Shown here piece by piece: positions 27,454 to 39,704 of a DNA stretch of 64,000 nucleotides. The notes beneath the pieces were generated by a model. That model had not been told where the DNA came from. It searched no databases and was given only the letters and a program-made list of their open reading frames with translations. Source of the DNA: Chrysomallon squamiferum (lineage: Eukaryota; Animalia; Mollusca); assembly GCA_012295275.1 (NCBI GenBank), contig CM022675.1, forward strand, positions 3,658,001 through 3,722,000, written 5' to 3'. Within the stretch, counting starts at the first letter, position 1; each line of letters opens with the position of its first letter. The position numbers and the translations under genes are program-made.

Positions 27454-28215
27454 GCACACACACACACAGATGAAAACAGAAAAACAAAACCCCAGTTATT
27501 AAAACTGTTTTCCATAAACAGCAAACACAGACAGAAATAATAATTTTAATTTTAAAACTGTAAATTTATTTAATTCAATTTTCAGCTCTTGTATCAACAT
27601 GTTTGTATTATTCACAAAAAAACTTATGGTGACAACTATTTAATACATAATTTTATTATCATTCATATAGTTATGATACAATTTAAACAAATAATATTTA
27701 TATTCACAATTAATATCTTTCCAAGCTTCAGATTATCTCTAAAATGAAAAAAACAAAAAAAACTTTTCAGACATAAAAATAATTTTTAAAAATTATAATA
27801 AAAGAAAAATAGAAAAAAAAAGAAAAGTAAAAAAAGAAAAAAGAAATTAAAAAATTAAAAAAGAAAAATGAAAAGAATAAGAAAGAAAGAAAAGGAAAAT
27901 AAAAGAAAAAAAAATCTTTCAGATTTAAGTGTGAGTGGTATATCAAATCACACTTTTCTTGTTTCAAAATTAATTAAGTACAATAAATTGTGAACATGTT
28001 AAATTTTTGATTAAATATTTCTAATAAATACCTCTTCAGTTGTAATATCAATTGTTGTTAATTATATATACATATATTCATGTATGCTTACACAGGGTTA
28101 CATACATACAAATATATTTTGATAGTTTTGTTTATATAAAAATATACAGAAAAAGATTTAAGTGTTAATTATCATTGGACGGAACAGGATAAAACTGAAA
28201 ATATCAGTTAACAAG

Positions 28216-28216
<1 letters not shown>

Positions 28217-28246
<30 letters not shown>

Positions 28247-28303
28247 TAAAAATAAAAATAAAAATAAAAATAAAAATAAAAATAAAAATAAAAATAAAAA
28301 TAA
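28217..28303. repeat. (TAAAAA)n hexanucleotide microsatellite
   Basis: About 14 uninterrupted copies. Confidence 0.95.
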
Positions 28304-28826
28304 ATTAAAAAAATTCAAATGTTCTCAGATTTAGATTTTAAATATTGAAAAAGGCTAAAAGCCAATGGTATACATATTTTTCAAAATTTTGGTCTCCAAT
28401 TATCAAATGTTGAGTACAATACTTGAATTGGTTGTGATACTCAATCCAAGCAATTTAATGTCAGTTGAAAATTGAAAGATTGTAAAATTTCAATCCAAAA
28501 AGTGAATAAAATTCAGTAACTATCTTGAAAAATAACAAACAGTAAAGTATGTTAATATTTCTACTGAAAAATATTACAACAAAATATTATGAAACATTTC
28601 ACAATGTAACATTCTCAAAGAAATAAAATACAAAACAGATGAAGATTCTAACTCCAACATTTAATAACAGAGCCATCAAAGAAATGGAGTGAAAAAAAAA
28701 AATTCTTATCTACAAAAATGTTTGCTATTTCTACAGATATTAGATGTTCTCTTTTTAAATAAAGAACATCTATCATTGAAAGAAATGTGAGTTTTAATTA
28801 AAAAAAATAACAACAAGAAACATGTA

Positions 28827-29236
28827 CTGTATTTACTCCTGTATAAGTCACATTTTCAGTTAACCTAAATTAAATATAAAAATATATAAATTTATACTCG
28901 GTCTTAAAAAGCCAAAATTTAGTTAACAATTTTTACTATTTTTTATTTTTTTGGTCATATTCACAGAAAATATACCTGTGTTATCAAGCAACTGATATAC
29001 ATACATAAGTTTGTTTAACCTTTATCTATAATGAAACTAATACTAATAATACTACTACTAAAATAATAATAATAATAATAATAATAACAATAATAATAAT
29101 AAGAACAATAATAATATGTAAATAAAGATATTTATAAATTTTTATATATATATATATATATATAGTTTTAGCAAAATACTAATTTACAGCAAAATACTTG
29201 AAGCAACCTACTCAAGTGACTTATGAGTAAACACAG
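28827..29236. mobile_element. Tc1/mariner (Tc2/pogo-like) MITE, 410 bp
   Basis: Left end CTGTATTTACTCCTGTATAAGTCAC; the right end reverse-complements to CTGTGTTTACTC----ATAAGTCAC. Both ends are flanked by TA. Confidence 0.7.
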
Positions 29237-30334
29237 TAAATAATTTTACTCAGTGAAATGAACACAAAACAGAACAATTACAATGCAGGAATGTAATGGT
29301 ATTATCTTTTTTTAAATTTAATTATTTACACTCAACTTGTTTCAAAATAATATTTAACCACAAATCTGTTGGTTATAAACAATAATATATTAAAACTTTG
29401 ATATTAACAGTTTAAAAGTTGCTACAACAGGTGAAATATTTCCAGTATCTCACACACATGCATCGACACAAGCTCATGTATGAATATAACATTGGATAAT
29501 ATTTTTATTTTATTAATTAATTTGTTAGGTAATTATTAAACATTATTTGTTTTTAGTCCATTTTGGTCCTTTGTGGTTTGTTGCTGTGATTCATTGCACA
29601 CAGAATTTACCAATGACGTGTAAGTATTGAATTAGATGGTGAAGTAGGTCTGTCTACCACAAATATACAATGTATTTCACAACATATTAAATTTTTAAGT
29701 AATATTATTTTTACAATACTGAAAAATTCACAACATTCAGAAAATAAGGCCATGTAATAGTTAAAAGGCCTCTATGTATGTATGTATGTATGTATACAGA
29801 TTAATATAAAAATCCTAGATACCTGCAATATAATCAAACTATTCCAACAAGCCAGAAAAATCCAGATCAGAAATAAAATGCAGATGGTCCCTAAGATCAA
29901 AACATTTTACTCCTTTGACATTAAAAAACACATTAAAAAAAAAAATGGACAGTACTTTTTTCTGCTTGGACGTTTAACTATTTTTATGTGTTTTAGATAA
30001 ATATGTTATCAATAAACTTTATAACAAGATAAAACAAATTACTTTACATTAAGCCTGGATATTATCCTGAAATAGTATTAATAATGGAATAATAATAATA
30101 AATAAAGCTGCAAAACAAACATACTTGCAGTCACTTTGTCTTTCGTAAAAGACAGCAAAGTCAAAAATTCTCATGTTTATTTTTTTTTATTAGGTGAGCT
30201 TTTGAAAAACATAACATGAGAAATGGAATTCTTCACTTTTATCCATGACAGAGACATTCTGTATCACACACCTCAAAAATCAATTCACGGACACTGTAGA
30301 GCAACTGTACACTTTGATTTATGTTTGTACATTT

Positions 30335-30530
30335 CACTCTGTCTACAATGGCTGCTCAAAGAACAAGGTAAAAATGGTTGTCTTACAAGGTAAAATTATA
30401 ATAGATGCACAGAGCTGAAAAGAAATACCTCAAGCAATCCTTAATAGAAAGGTGCCTGTCATATAGAGGTTGCCTTTATGGACAGGTTGCTGTTATATAC
30501 AGATGGCCATAAAAAGCAGGCTTCATTTTA
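30335..30530. mobile_element. Decayed MITE-like element with ~17-bp internal repeats, downstream of the LZTFL1 stop
   Basis: Repeated AGGTGCC/AGGTTGCC/AGGTTGCT/AGATGGCC subunits at 30449-30508, typical of Tc1/mariner-derived MITE ends. No intact TIR pair. Confidence 0.35.
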
Positions 30531-30826
30531 TATGTTAAAAACACATATAAATACAGAATAACTATTTCTGAGTGAAAATTAGAAAGATCCTCGAAAACAA
30601 AAACAGTTATCAAATGTCACATACCTTTGGAAATGTATTTTTTAAATTTTTCTATTTTATTATTATTATTTTTTTTAAATTTGTGACTTGGACAATTGAT
30701 TTAACAGTCGAAGTATTAAATTAAAAAAAAAAACTATTCAGAACAACAGAGAGACAGATGCACAGACTCAGTTGTCAGTTTTGATGTGATGGTGGGTTAA
30801 AAAGATAAATTAGTCAGATTCTGTTT

Positions 30827-31611
30827 TCAGTCATCAAGTGACTCGTATCTGAAAATAAATAAAACAAGTTATAAACAGTGTGTGTCTGTGTGTGTGTGTC
30901 TGTCTGTGTGTGCATGTGTTTGTGTGTGTGCATGTGTTTGTGTGTGTGCATGTGTTTTGTGTGTGCGCATGCATGTGTGTGTGTGTGTGTGTGTGTATGT
31001 GTGTTTGTGTTACAGTAAATGTTCTATGTAATAAATTATAGAAAAAGGGAGGTAATTCAAGAAACAGTACTGACAGATTTTATTTTTATTTTATTAATTT
31101 ATTAAATGAAATAAATAACATTTCTCCATACAGAACACACACAAATATGTGAAGAAAAAAAAAAGCCTGTCACAGATAAGATAGATAATAACTATTATTG
31201 TTACCTTATTTTCACATTTTTTATCATTTTTATTACTGTTATTATTAATGAAAAACAGTAAGTTATAATCATTTATTTGGCTAGTTAAAAATGACAGGGA
31301 TATGTTTTTACTTACTTAGCTAATCTCTTCCTCAGATCTTTGATTTGTTCATTTTTCTTCATAAGCATCTGTTTGAGGTTTTTAAATGGAGCTGTCTGAC
31401 TCACTTTCTTTTCAAGTTCCTAAAAATATTACATAATAATGATGATGATGATGATGATGATGATAATGATAATAATTATAATCATAATGATAAGAAGAAA
31501 AACCTATACTGTAAATATAAGAATAATCAAAATAAATAAATAAATAAATAAACAGAATGAATAAATCAATGAAAGAATAAATAAATAAATGAATAGAAAA
31601 GTTAATAATTC

Positions 31612-31642
<31 letters not shown>

Positions 31643-31715
31643 GTTAATAAATCAGTTATGAAATAAAATAAATGACATTAAAATAATGAATAATGAAATA
31701 AATTAAAAATATATA

Positions 31716-31754
<39 letters not shown>

Positions 31755-34700
31755 ACACTTACTTTCTCGGCTAATTCTAACATTTCGCGAACTCTCAGGA
31801 GTTCGTGTTTAGCTCCAGCCAAGTTAGTCTCCATTGAGTCTGCTGAACTTTTACTCTTTAACTGTGACTAGAAAACAAAACAAAGAAAACATTAAAAATA
31901 TTCTACATTCTGTAACATTTATATATTGTGGAGAAGTCATGTAAGTTGCAAAAGTCCTCTGCTAATACACATCTTCATACATATTACAGTCAAACATTAT
32001 TTCATATATGAATCCAAATACACAAAGATATAAAATGAAAATATACTGTTCACTATTTTGTCCATTCAGTTGTTTCATTTCTGATATTTAAAAATATTAA
32101 TTTTTAATAAAATGTTCATTAGGGTACTAAATAAAATATGAAAAAAAAAGCTTTTAGAGAAAAAATAACTTTGCTGGAAAAAAGTAAAATTAAAAATGAA
32201 GAAAGCAGTTTACAAATAAAAGTTCTGTAAATTTACGTTTTTCAGTTCCGATTCAAGTTCAGCCATCTTCATACGAAGTTCTTCAGAATCTTCATTTGTG
32301 CTGATGTTCTGTTAACAAAATAACAAACAGTTTAATATTTACACAGACACACCCAGCCCAACCCCTCTCTCACACACACACACACCCATCCCCAGCCCTA
32401 CCATGCACATATTAATAGTCAGTGGAACCTAACAGAACCTAACAGTCCTGGGACTGATGTTTACTTAGATAAGAAAGCGCACACACAGAATAGCCTCATA
32501 GTTGGAACTGGAAATTAGGTGTTCTAATATGATTTTAAATATCTGAGGTTGTGATACTGAAATAAAATTAAAATATAAAATCAAATGTACAGGATATATT
32601 AAGGAATTGTTTTTGTTATTTTTAAATATAAATAGTCATAAAATATTACATTTGATCAAGATTTTTAAAATGTTTTATTTATCTTTTTTTGCATTATTTC
32701 AAGACAGAAATGAAATTCAAATATTACATGAAAACACCATGTGTGCAACTTTTTCAATAAATAATTTTAGAATGGAAATAATAATAAAATTGTATATATA
32801 TCAGGGTTATTTTTGGTTCTTTTTTTTAAATATTTAAAACAGAAATAGAAATACAATATCACACATAAATATAGCACAATGAGGAGTATTGCATTTTTAG
32901 ATATTTTAGGATGAAACATAACTAAAATAATACATCTACAGTATTTTTACATCTAAGTAGATATAAACAAAAATATTATAGGATAAAAATAAATACTTTT
33001 TTTTTAAAATGTATTTTAGGATAGAGATGAAATTAAAATATCAAACATATATAATACATTAAGGAATGTTTTTATTTTCTTTTAAGTATTTTATGATAAA
33101 AATTAAAATAATATACTACATATATACTGTACATTTAAAATTTAAAACATATATATATATTTTATAATGGAAATCAAAAAAAAAAAACACATTTACGGAT
33201 AGAGATAAAATTAATATAAAACATATACAATACAATGAGGAATTTTGGGGCTTTTTAAAAATATTTTATGATAAAAATAAATTTAAAATATTACATGCAT
33301 TCTAAACCTTAAGAATTAACAAAAAATCAATTAAAAAATAAAATAACATGTACTGGAGTTTTTTTTCAAATATTTTAAGATAAAAAAATAAAATTAAAAT
33401 GTTACATGTCGTCCTTTCAGCTCAGCCTGTGTTCTTTCCAAGTCTGCAGCAAGCATCACTTTTCTCTTCTGTTCATCAGTCATCTACAACACATAACAAA
33501 TTTTTTTTTTTTTTCATTCAGCATGAAATACATTCATCAGCCATTTACAAAATGCATAATAAAACTTTTTTTTTGATCAAACAGTGTGAAATAAACATCT
33601 GCAAAACATGTTGAACTCTGATTACCATACAGTATGAAATACATTCATGATCACAGCAGTAAACAATAAAACACAAGTGAATTTATATCATCTTACTTTT
33701 CAGAAAATTTATATCTACACTTTGGGCCAGATTCTTTTTTCACAGCAACACAATAAATAACTAGTATCCACCCAGTTTTTGTCCATGCATATTCATTATT
33801 GTTCTTGTGACATACAAAATTATCAATAATATTTATTAAAAATATTTTCATAACGGTGTAGTTTGTAACTTTACTGTAAGTTGGTGATATCAAGGCAATG
33901 GAAGTAAAATTACCAAATTTGTTTCTTTAAACCTTTTTTTTAAATAAAAATCTGAAACTAACAGTAAGTGGACTTTGCTTAAAATGTTAACATTACAAGA
34001 CAAATGGTCCATCGGAAGTATGCTAGAATTACTTTCACACACAAAATCAGTCAACTCCATCTGTGTTTTATTTTTTTTGTGATACCTTTATTATTAAGAG
34101 GCTTAAATGTAAGTTAGTTCCTCTTTTGATGTCACATTTTATACATAAATAAATTAATGTTGCTAAAACATGATTTACCTCAATATTCGTAACAGTCTTT
34201 TTTTCTTCTCTTTTTTTTTATCTGTTACATGAAAGGTTTTTGGTGAGGGGGCTACCAAGAGATTGTACTTTATGTAGGATTAATTATTAAAATCCATCAA
34301 CAATAATTAGCTTTTTAATTAGTAGTGATGTTAAATAATCTTTACCTGTGTTTCACATAATTTGATTTTCTCTTCAAGTCGAGCATTCTCTTCCATGAGT
34401 TCTTCTATTTTCTATAACAACAAAGATAATTACTTTATATATATATAAAAATAAGAATTTAGAGTAAATTATTATTTAAATTTATAAAATATCAACAGTA
34501 TTATAAAAGAGACTGGAATAAACCCAGTTTTTCATAAAGAACATTAAACAAAAAAATTAAAAATTAAAATAAATAAATACTGTAGCTACTAATAAATACA
34601 TGTTCTATTTTTAGTCTATTTTGCATTTTCATAATTTGTTTGATGAAGAATGGATGAAGGCAGAATTTTTATTTAGTAAAATATGATCATGTTAATCAAA

Positions 34701-37700
34701 TAGATTATAGTGATTAAATTACTTGGATATTTGGTTTTTCTGATATTATAAAAAATTACCATGTGCAATAACGCAGTGCCACCTGTCTCGTTCAAGGGAG
34801 CTAACTTTGAAGGTGTAAATTCTGTCTCACGTTTAGCACCAGCGAATTCTCTTTCTTCAAAATCTTTGATCTGCTCAAGCAAATCTCTGCAAGAAAACAA
34901 TTAACAACAGTCTTCTCATTACAAAATTATCAATCTTGTAATTACTAAATTAACTGTTTTGTAAACACATAATTATTTCAAACAGAAGAAAAGCAGACAC
35001 AAGTGCCTTATTTAATAGAGAGGTTTAGCATAGATGTAATCCATTCACTTATCTGATTACATAGGACCTACGATATGGGTGATGTATGTAACTCACTTTC
35101 AGTTTAGCTTCTACATAAAGCACAAAGCTCTTATCGAAACAGGTCAAGGAAGGGAAGTAACTATAGCTCTAGACCTCATAAAAAGCTTTATTTGGATGTA
35201 TGTGTATTTGGCTTGAACATGTATAAGATAGTCAATGTTTATGTTGCCCAAGAACCAAAATCAATCACAGATTTTCCATAGAAAGAAAAACACTGGCAAA
35301 TTTTATTCAGACAAAATTTAAAAAAAAATTTCACTTGAAAGCTATCCAATATTTCGTAGAGTCATTTTAGTTTGTTTTTTATTGCTGGTTTTTTAGAAAA
35401 TTTTGTTAGATACCAATTATTCGTTATTTGCTTCTTTCACAAAAGTAATTGTACACATAGAACTATAGACTGCCCAATATTTTCATTTGCAAACCTGTAC
35501 ACATTTTGTCTATTTCTCAGCAAGACACAAAACAACATCTTAAGGCAATATAGGGTTCAACAATGTTAATTTACTTTTCAAGTATATATTAGTTTGAATT
35601 TAGCATCTGAAAACATTATCTTGTTCAGCTAGTGATACAGTGGTAGCAAGTCCAACCACAGCTTTTTTGACAATCATATTAGTTTTTTTTTTTAATGTTA
35701 TTTTACAGACAGCTATCATGTCTTCAAAAGAAATATAAATAATAAATTACATACACTTCCGAAAAGTATTTCAAACAGAATTTTGAAAGAAATTAAGAAT
35801 ATATATTACACTGTTATCAAAATATTTTCAGAACATTAATCATAATTTTATTCACCAAAAATTATTTTAATCGTTATATTTTAAATGACAGTAACAAAAA
35901 TTCAAATTTATTATAGTTTTTTTTATTGCAGTACCTATTTTCCAGTTCCAATCTAGTATAATAAACATGTTTTAAATAATCATAACAAAAAAATAAATAA
36001 AATAAGATATTTAATATAGTTTGTTACAAGACCACTATTTTTATAATCACTGTTTTAATTAATAAAAATAATTCAAATTTAAAACATTTGACTATTACTG
36101 CACCTGTCTCCCTGTTCTATTTTTATAACTGTGTTTTAAGCAATAAAAAGAATTCAAACTCTTTTACCTATTTTCCAGTTCCGAAATGTCTGCCTGAAGT
36201 TTGAGATGCCATTTCTCAGCCTGTATGAACATCTGCCTCATCATGAGGATGTTTGTGTGCGCCGTGTTTATCAGTTCCGACTCCACCTCGCCTCGCACCA
36301 CCGCCAGCAGCCCGTCCAGAATATCTATCAGCTCATCTACAGTGTACGTCTCATCCGTCAGTCTGAAACAGCAGTAAAATATCATTATCTGTAACGATTT
36401 TTAATTATTTTGGTCTGTATTATAAAATATAATTATTTTTATTAAAAGTTATATCTGAAACAGCAGTAAGAAATCATTATCTGTAACGATTTTTAACTAT
36501 TTTAGTCTGTATTATAAAATATATTATTATTTTTATTAGAAGTAATATCTGAAACAGCAGTAAAATATCATTATCTGTAACGATTTTTAACTATTTTAGT
36601 CTGTATTATAAAATATATTATTATTTTTATTAAAAGTAATATCTGAAACAGCAGTAAAATATCATTATCTGTAACGATTTTTAACTATTTTGGTCTGCAT
36701 TATAAAATATTATTATTTTTATTAAAAATAATATCTGAAACAGCAGTAAAAAATCATTATCTGTAACGATTTTTAACTATTTTGATCTGCATTATAAAAT
36801 ATAATTATTTTTATTAAAAGTTATATCTGAAACAGCTGTAAAAAATCATTATCTGTAACGATTTTTAACTATTTTGGTCTGCATTATAAAATATAATTAT
36901 TTTTATTAAAAGTTATATCTGAAACAGCAGTAAAAAATCATTATCTGTAACGATTTTTAATTATTTTGGTCTGAATTATAAAATATAATTATTTTTATTA
37001 AAAGTTATATCTGAAACAGCAGTAAGAAATCATTATCTGTAACGATTTTTAACTATTTTAGTCTGTATTATAAAATATATTAATATTTTATTAAAAGTAA
37101 TATCTGGAAAGTAATAATAAAAAAACAAAAATTTAAAAACAAATTATTTACCATTACTGCTAACACTTTTAATTTGTTATAAAATATATTAATATTTCTT
37201 AAAAATAACAATTTTAAGATAAAATTAGTTTTTCTTCTTAAAGTCTTTGATATGTATAAGAAAAGAAACTCCAGAATTTTTAATTATAACCTAGTTTATT
37301 TTCTTCAGAAACAACCTTAGAAAAAACTAGTAAATTTTAATAAAATAAATAAATAAATGTAAAATCATAATAATAATTCACAAATTAATATAAATGGTAC
37401 AAGAATACATTAAATGTTTTTAAAGACGTTAATTAATATTACTGAAAAAATCTGGGTTTTTTTCAAAAAAGGAAGTTACTAAAATATTTAACCATTATGA
37501 TGGTATCCAAGAAAGAAAATGCACCATCAGCAAATCACACCAACTTAAAGCAAAATATATTTTCATTACAGACCCGCCCATAGATGAAAAAAAAAAAAAA
37601 AAAAGACATTTAATTACAATTTCATTATACTGGCTTAAACGTTGAATAACCTAACATATTAATCACAAGAATTGATCCTGTAGTCTAATGCTCATTGATA

Positions 37701-39014
37701 CGTCTACTTCTGAACTTGTTTTAATCTATGTTTAATCAGTACAAACTGACCTGCTTTCTTTGAGATCTTCAAAACACATGTCAACTGCCCTGAGTCTTTG
37801 CACTCGCTGGTAGCGAGCAAATCTCATGTAGTTTATAACCTGCGTCTGGTGATGTTCACTCACACCCAGCTCAGTCGCCTGGAGTAATTTGTAACAGTAT
37901 TACTATTAATAGTAGCAGTAACAGTAGTTGTAGCAGTAGTAGTAACATTAGTAGCAGTAACAGTAGTTGTAGCAGTAGTAGTAACAGTAGTAGTAATAAT
38001 AACTAATGATGATGGCAATAACAGTAATAGTAATAATAATAATGAGTTATCAGATTAATAATAAAAATGATGATGATGATGATGTTAATGATGAAATGAT
38101 GAAATGATAAAAAATTCGCCAGATAATATTAAAAGATTTAATAATTATGAAAAAAAAACCCACACCCTTTAAACAAATATTAATATTCTATGCTTGATAA
38201 ATATAGACATTTCTGTTTATTTTTATGTTAATGATGAAATACAGTAAAATAACATTTATGATTAATAATAATTTCAATCATAATAACAGCAAGAACAATG
38301 TTCAGTAAAATGAAAACAAATAAAAATAAATAAATAAATAAAATAAAAATAATAAAAACCACTACTACTACTACCACCAGACTACTGCTACTAATAATAA
38401 CAGCACTGAGTTCATCACAATGTAATATAAAATTTGTAAATAATATTAATAAGATAAAAAGTATACTTCAGACATCAGTAACATGCATTAATAAACAAAA
38501 ATAAAAAATTTAACATAGTTGTTTATTTTGTAGTGTTTACAGTTAAGAAAATATGTACCAATGCTTCTAATAAAAAATTCGCCAGATAATATTAAAAGAT
38601 TTAATAATTATGAAAAAAAAAACCACACCCTTTAAACAAATATTAATATTCTATGCTTGGTAAATATAGACATTTCTGTTTATTTTTATATTAATTTATT
38701 ACACACCAATATTTTAACATCCTTATTTCATGGTTTATAACATTACACATACATAATTATATTTCAGCAAATTTCAGTTGAAATAACCTGAAGTTAATCC
38801 ACTGTATTAAAATTACATTATTAAACAATATTAATTACTCCATTCTTAAATAAATTAATTTCCACTGGAAATCCTAGTTAGATTATATATTAAGTGACAA
38901 TAATATTTAACCTTAAATTATGTAAACCAATGTTTTCATTTTATAATAGCAATTTGTTCAGACGAAAATTTATTTAAATATCCGTATCTGAGAAAGAAAC
39001 TCGAATTTTACCAT
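30827..39014 (-). CDS. LZTFL1: Leucine zipper transcription factor-like 1 (BBS17), 10 coding exons, 299 aa
   Basis: Exons (all GT-AG, phases consistent, sum 900 nt): 39014-39012 (ATG only), 37878-37751, 36362-36168, 34886-34760, 34411-34346, 33483-33406, 32308-32237, 31867-31763, 31419-31316, 30848-30827 (TGA). The translation MATELGVSEHHQTQVINYMRFAR...EVESELINTAHTNILMMRQMFIQAEKWHLKLQADISELENR...KLAPLNETGG...AKHELLRVREMLELAEKELEKK...KKNEQIKDLRKRLAKYESLDD matches the LZTFL1 family as I recall it. Confidence 0.95.
32555..33408 (-). repeat. Degenerate ~55-70 bp tandem array starting at the LZTFL1 exon-6 donor
   Basis: Recurrent GATAAAAATAAAATTAAAATATTACATG-like units on the plus strand. The copy ending at 33408 contains the real CAT|GTAAC donor. 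Confidence 0.7.
36363..37106 (-). repeat. 92-94 bp tandem array x8 whose unit ends in the LZTFL1 exon-3 splice acceptor
   Basis: CTGAAACAGC (minus strand ...GCTGTTTCAG) starts at 36363, 36455, 36549, 36643, 36735, 36827, 36919 and 37011, with a partial copy at 37104. Units are near-identical. Confidence 0.95.
38107..38695. repeat. ~125-bp direct duplication in LZTFL1 intron 1
   Basis: ATAAAAAATTCGCCAGATAATATTAAAAGATT...GACATTTCTGTTTATTTTTAT at 38107-38232 and 38570-38695, near-identical. Confidence 0.9.
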
Positions 39015-39704
39015 GATGATCCTGGGTACTCTTAAGAAGTTGTGAAGACAAGAATTGAAAAATTATTTGTAGACGGATGCGATGTAAAACACCGGAAATG
39101 CTTTGATGTTAATACCGCAGCAAAATGAAATACAGACCATCATATAAGGCATTAGTTCGTAACTGATTTAAATCCTGTATAATTATTACATCATCTTATT
39201 TGCAAATACCAAAACATTTCCTGAGGAAATTCGTAATATTTTCTCTAAATATCTTTGTTGGTACATATTAGGTGCATAAAGCTGCCTTTTAGATTAAAAT
39301 GAACCACGTAGTGAGACATTCAACATTTCTTTCATTTTCTTTGTATTAAAATTACACTTTTCTTACATTTTTGAAATTTATCAAAAATATTTTAGATCTA
39401 TAGTTCCTAGATCTAACTGAAAGAAAATAATATAATAATTGATTATTTGGTCTCCAAAGTGACCAAAGCGATACGGTTGAATAAATTTTTATTATTAGTG
39501 TAGTGTGTAGGTATGGCCTTAAAACCATTTTGGATTCATGACCCAATTATGAAACTATAGATAATACAACTACAAATAAAAAATACACATACCAGTTGAT
39601 AAAATAAATAAAATTACGAAAAAGATATTGCATATGTAATTACAAACAAATATTTTAATTTAATTTCCCTGTTTCTGCCCATGTGACAAGACCGCTCATC
39701 CAAA
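39015..39704. promoter_or_regulatory. Divergent (bidirectional) promoter region between LZTFL1 and eIF4B
   Basis: The start codons are 690 bp apart, head-to-head. ETS-like ACCGGAAATG at 39091-39100, pyrimidine tract TTTCCCTGTTTCTGCCC at 39664-39680, and YY1/TISU-like CAAAATGGCG over the eIF4B ATG. Confidence 0.7.

Noticed and set aside
36363-37106. CRISPR-like regular repeat
   Set aside because: Whole units are repeated with no unique spacers, the array lies in a eukaryotic intron, and there are no cas genes.
37885-38045. Repeat next to the LZTFL1 exon-2 acceptor as another splice-site duplication
   Set aside because: It is a (TAG/CAG/TAA)n-type microsatellite with a short higher-order unit and does not copy the CCAG acceptor, so it is not counted as evidence.
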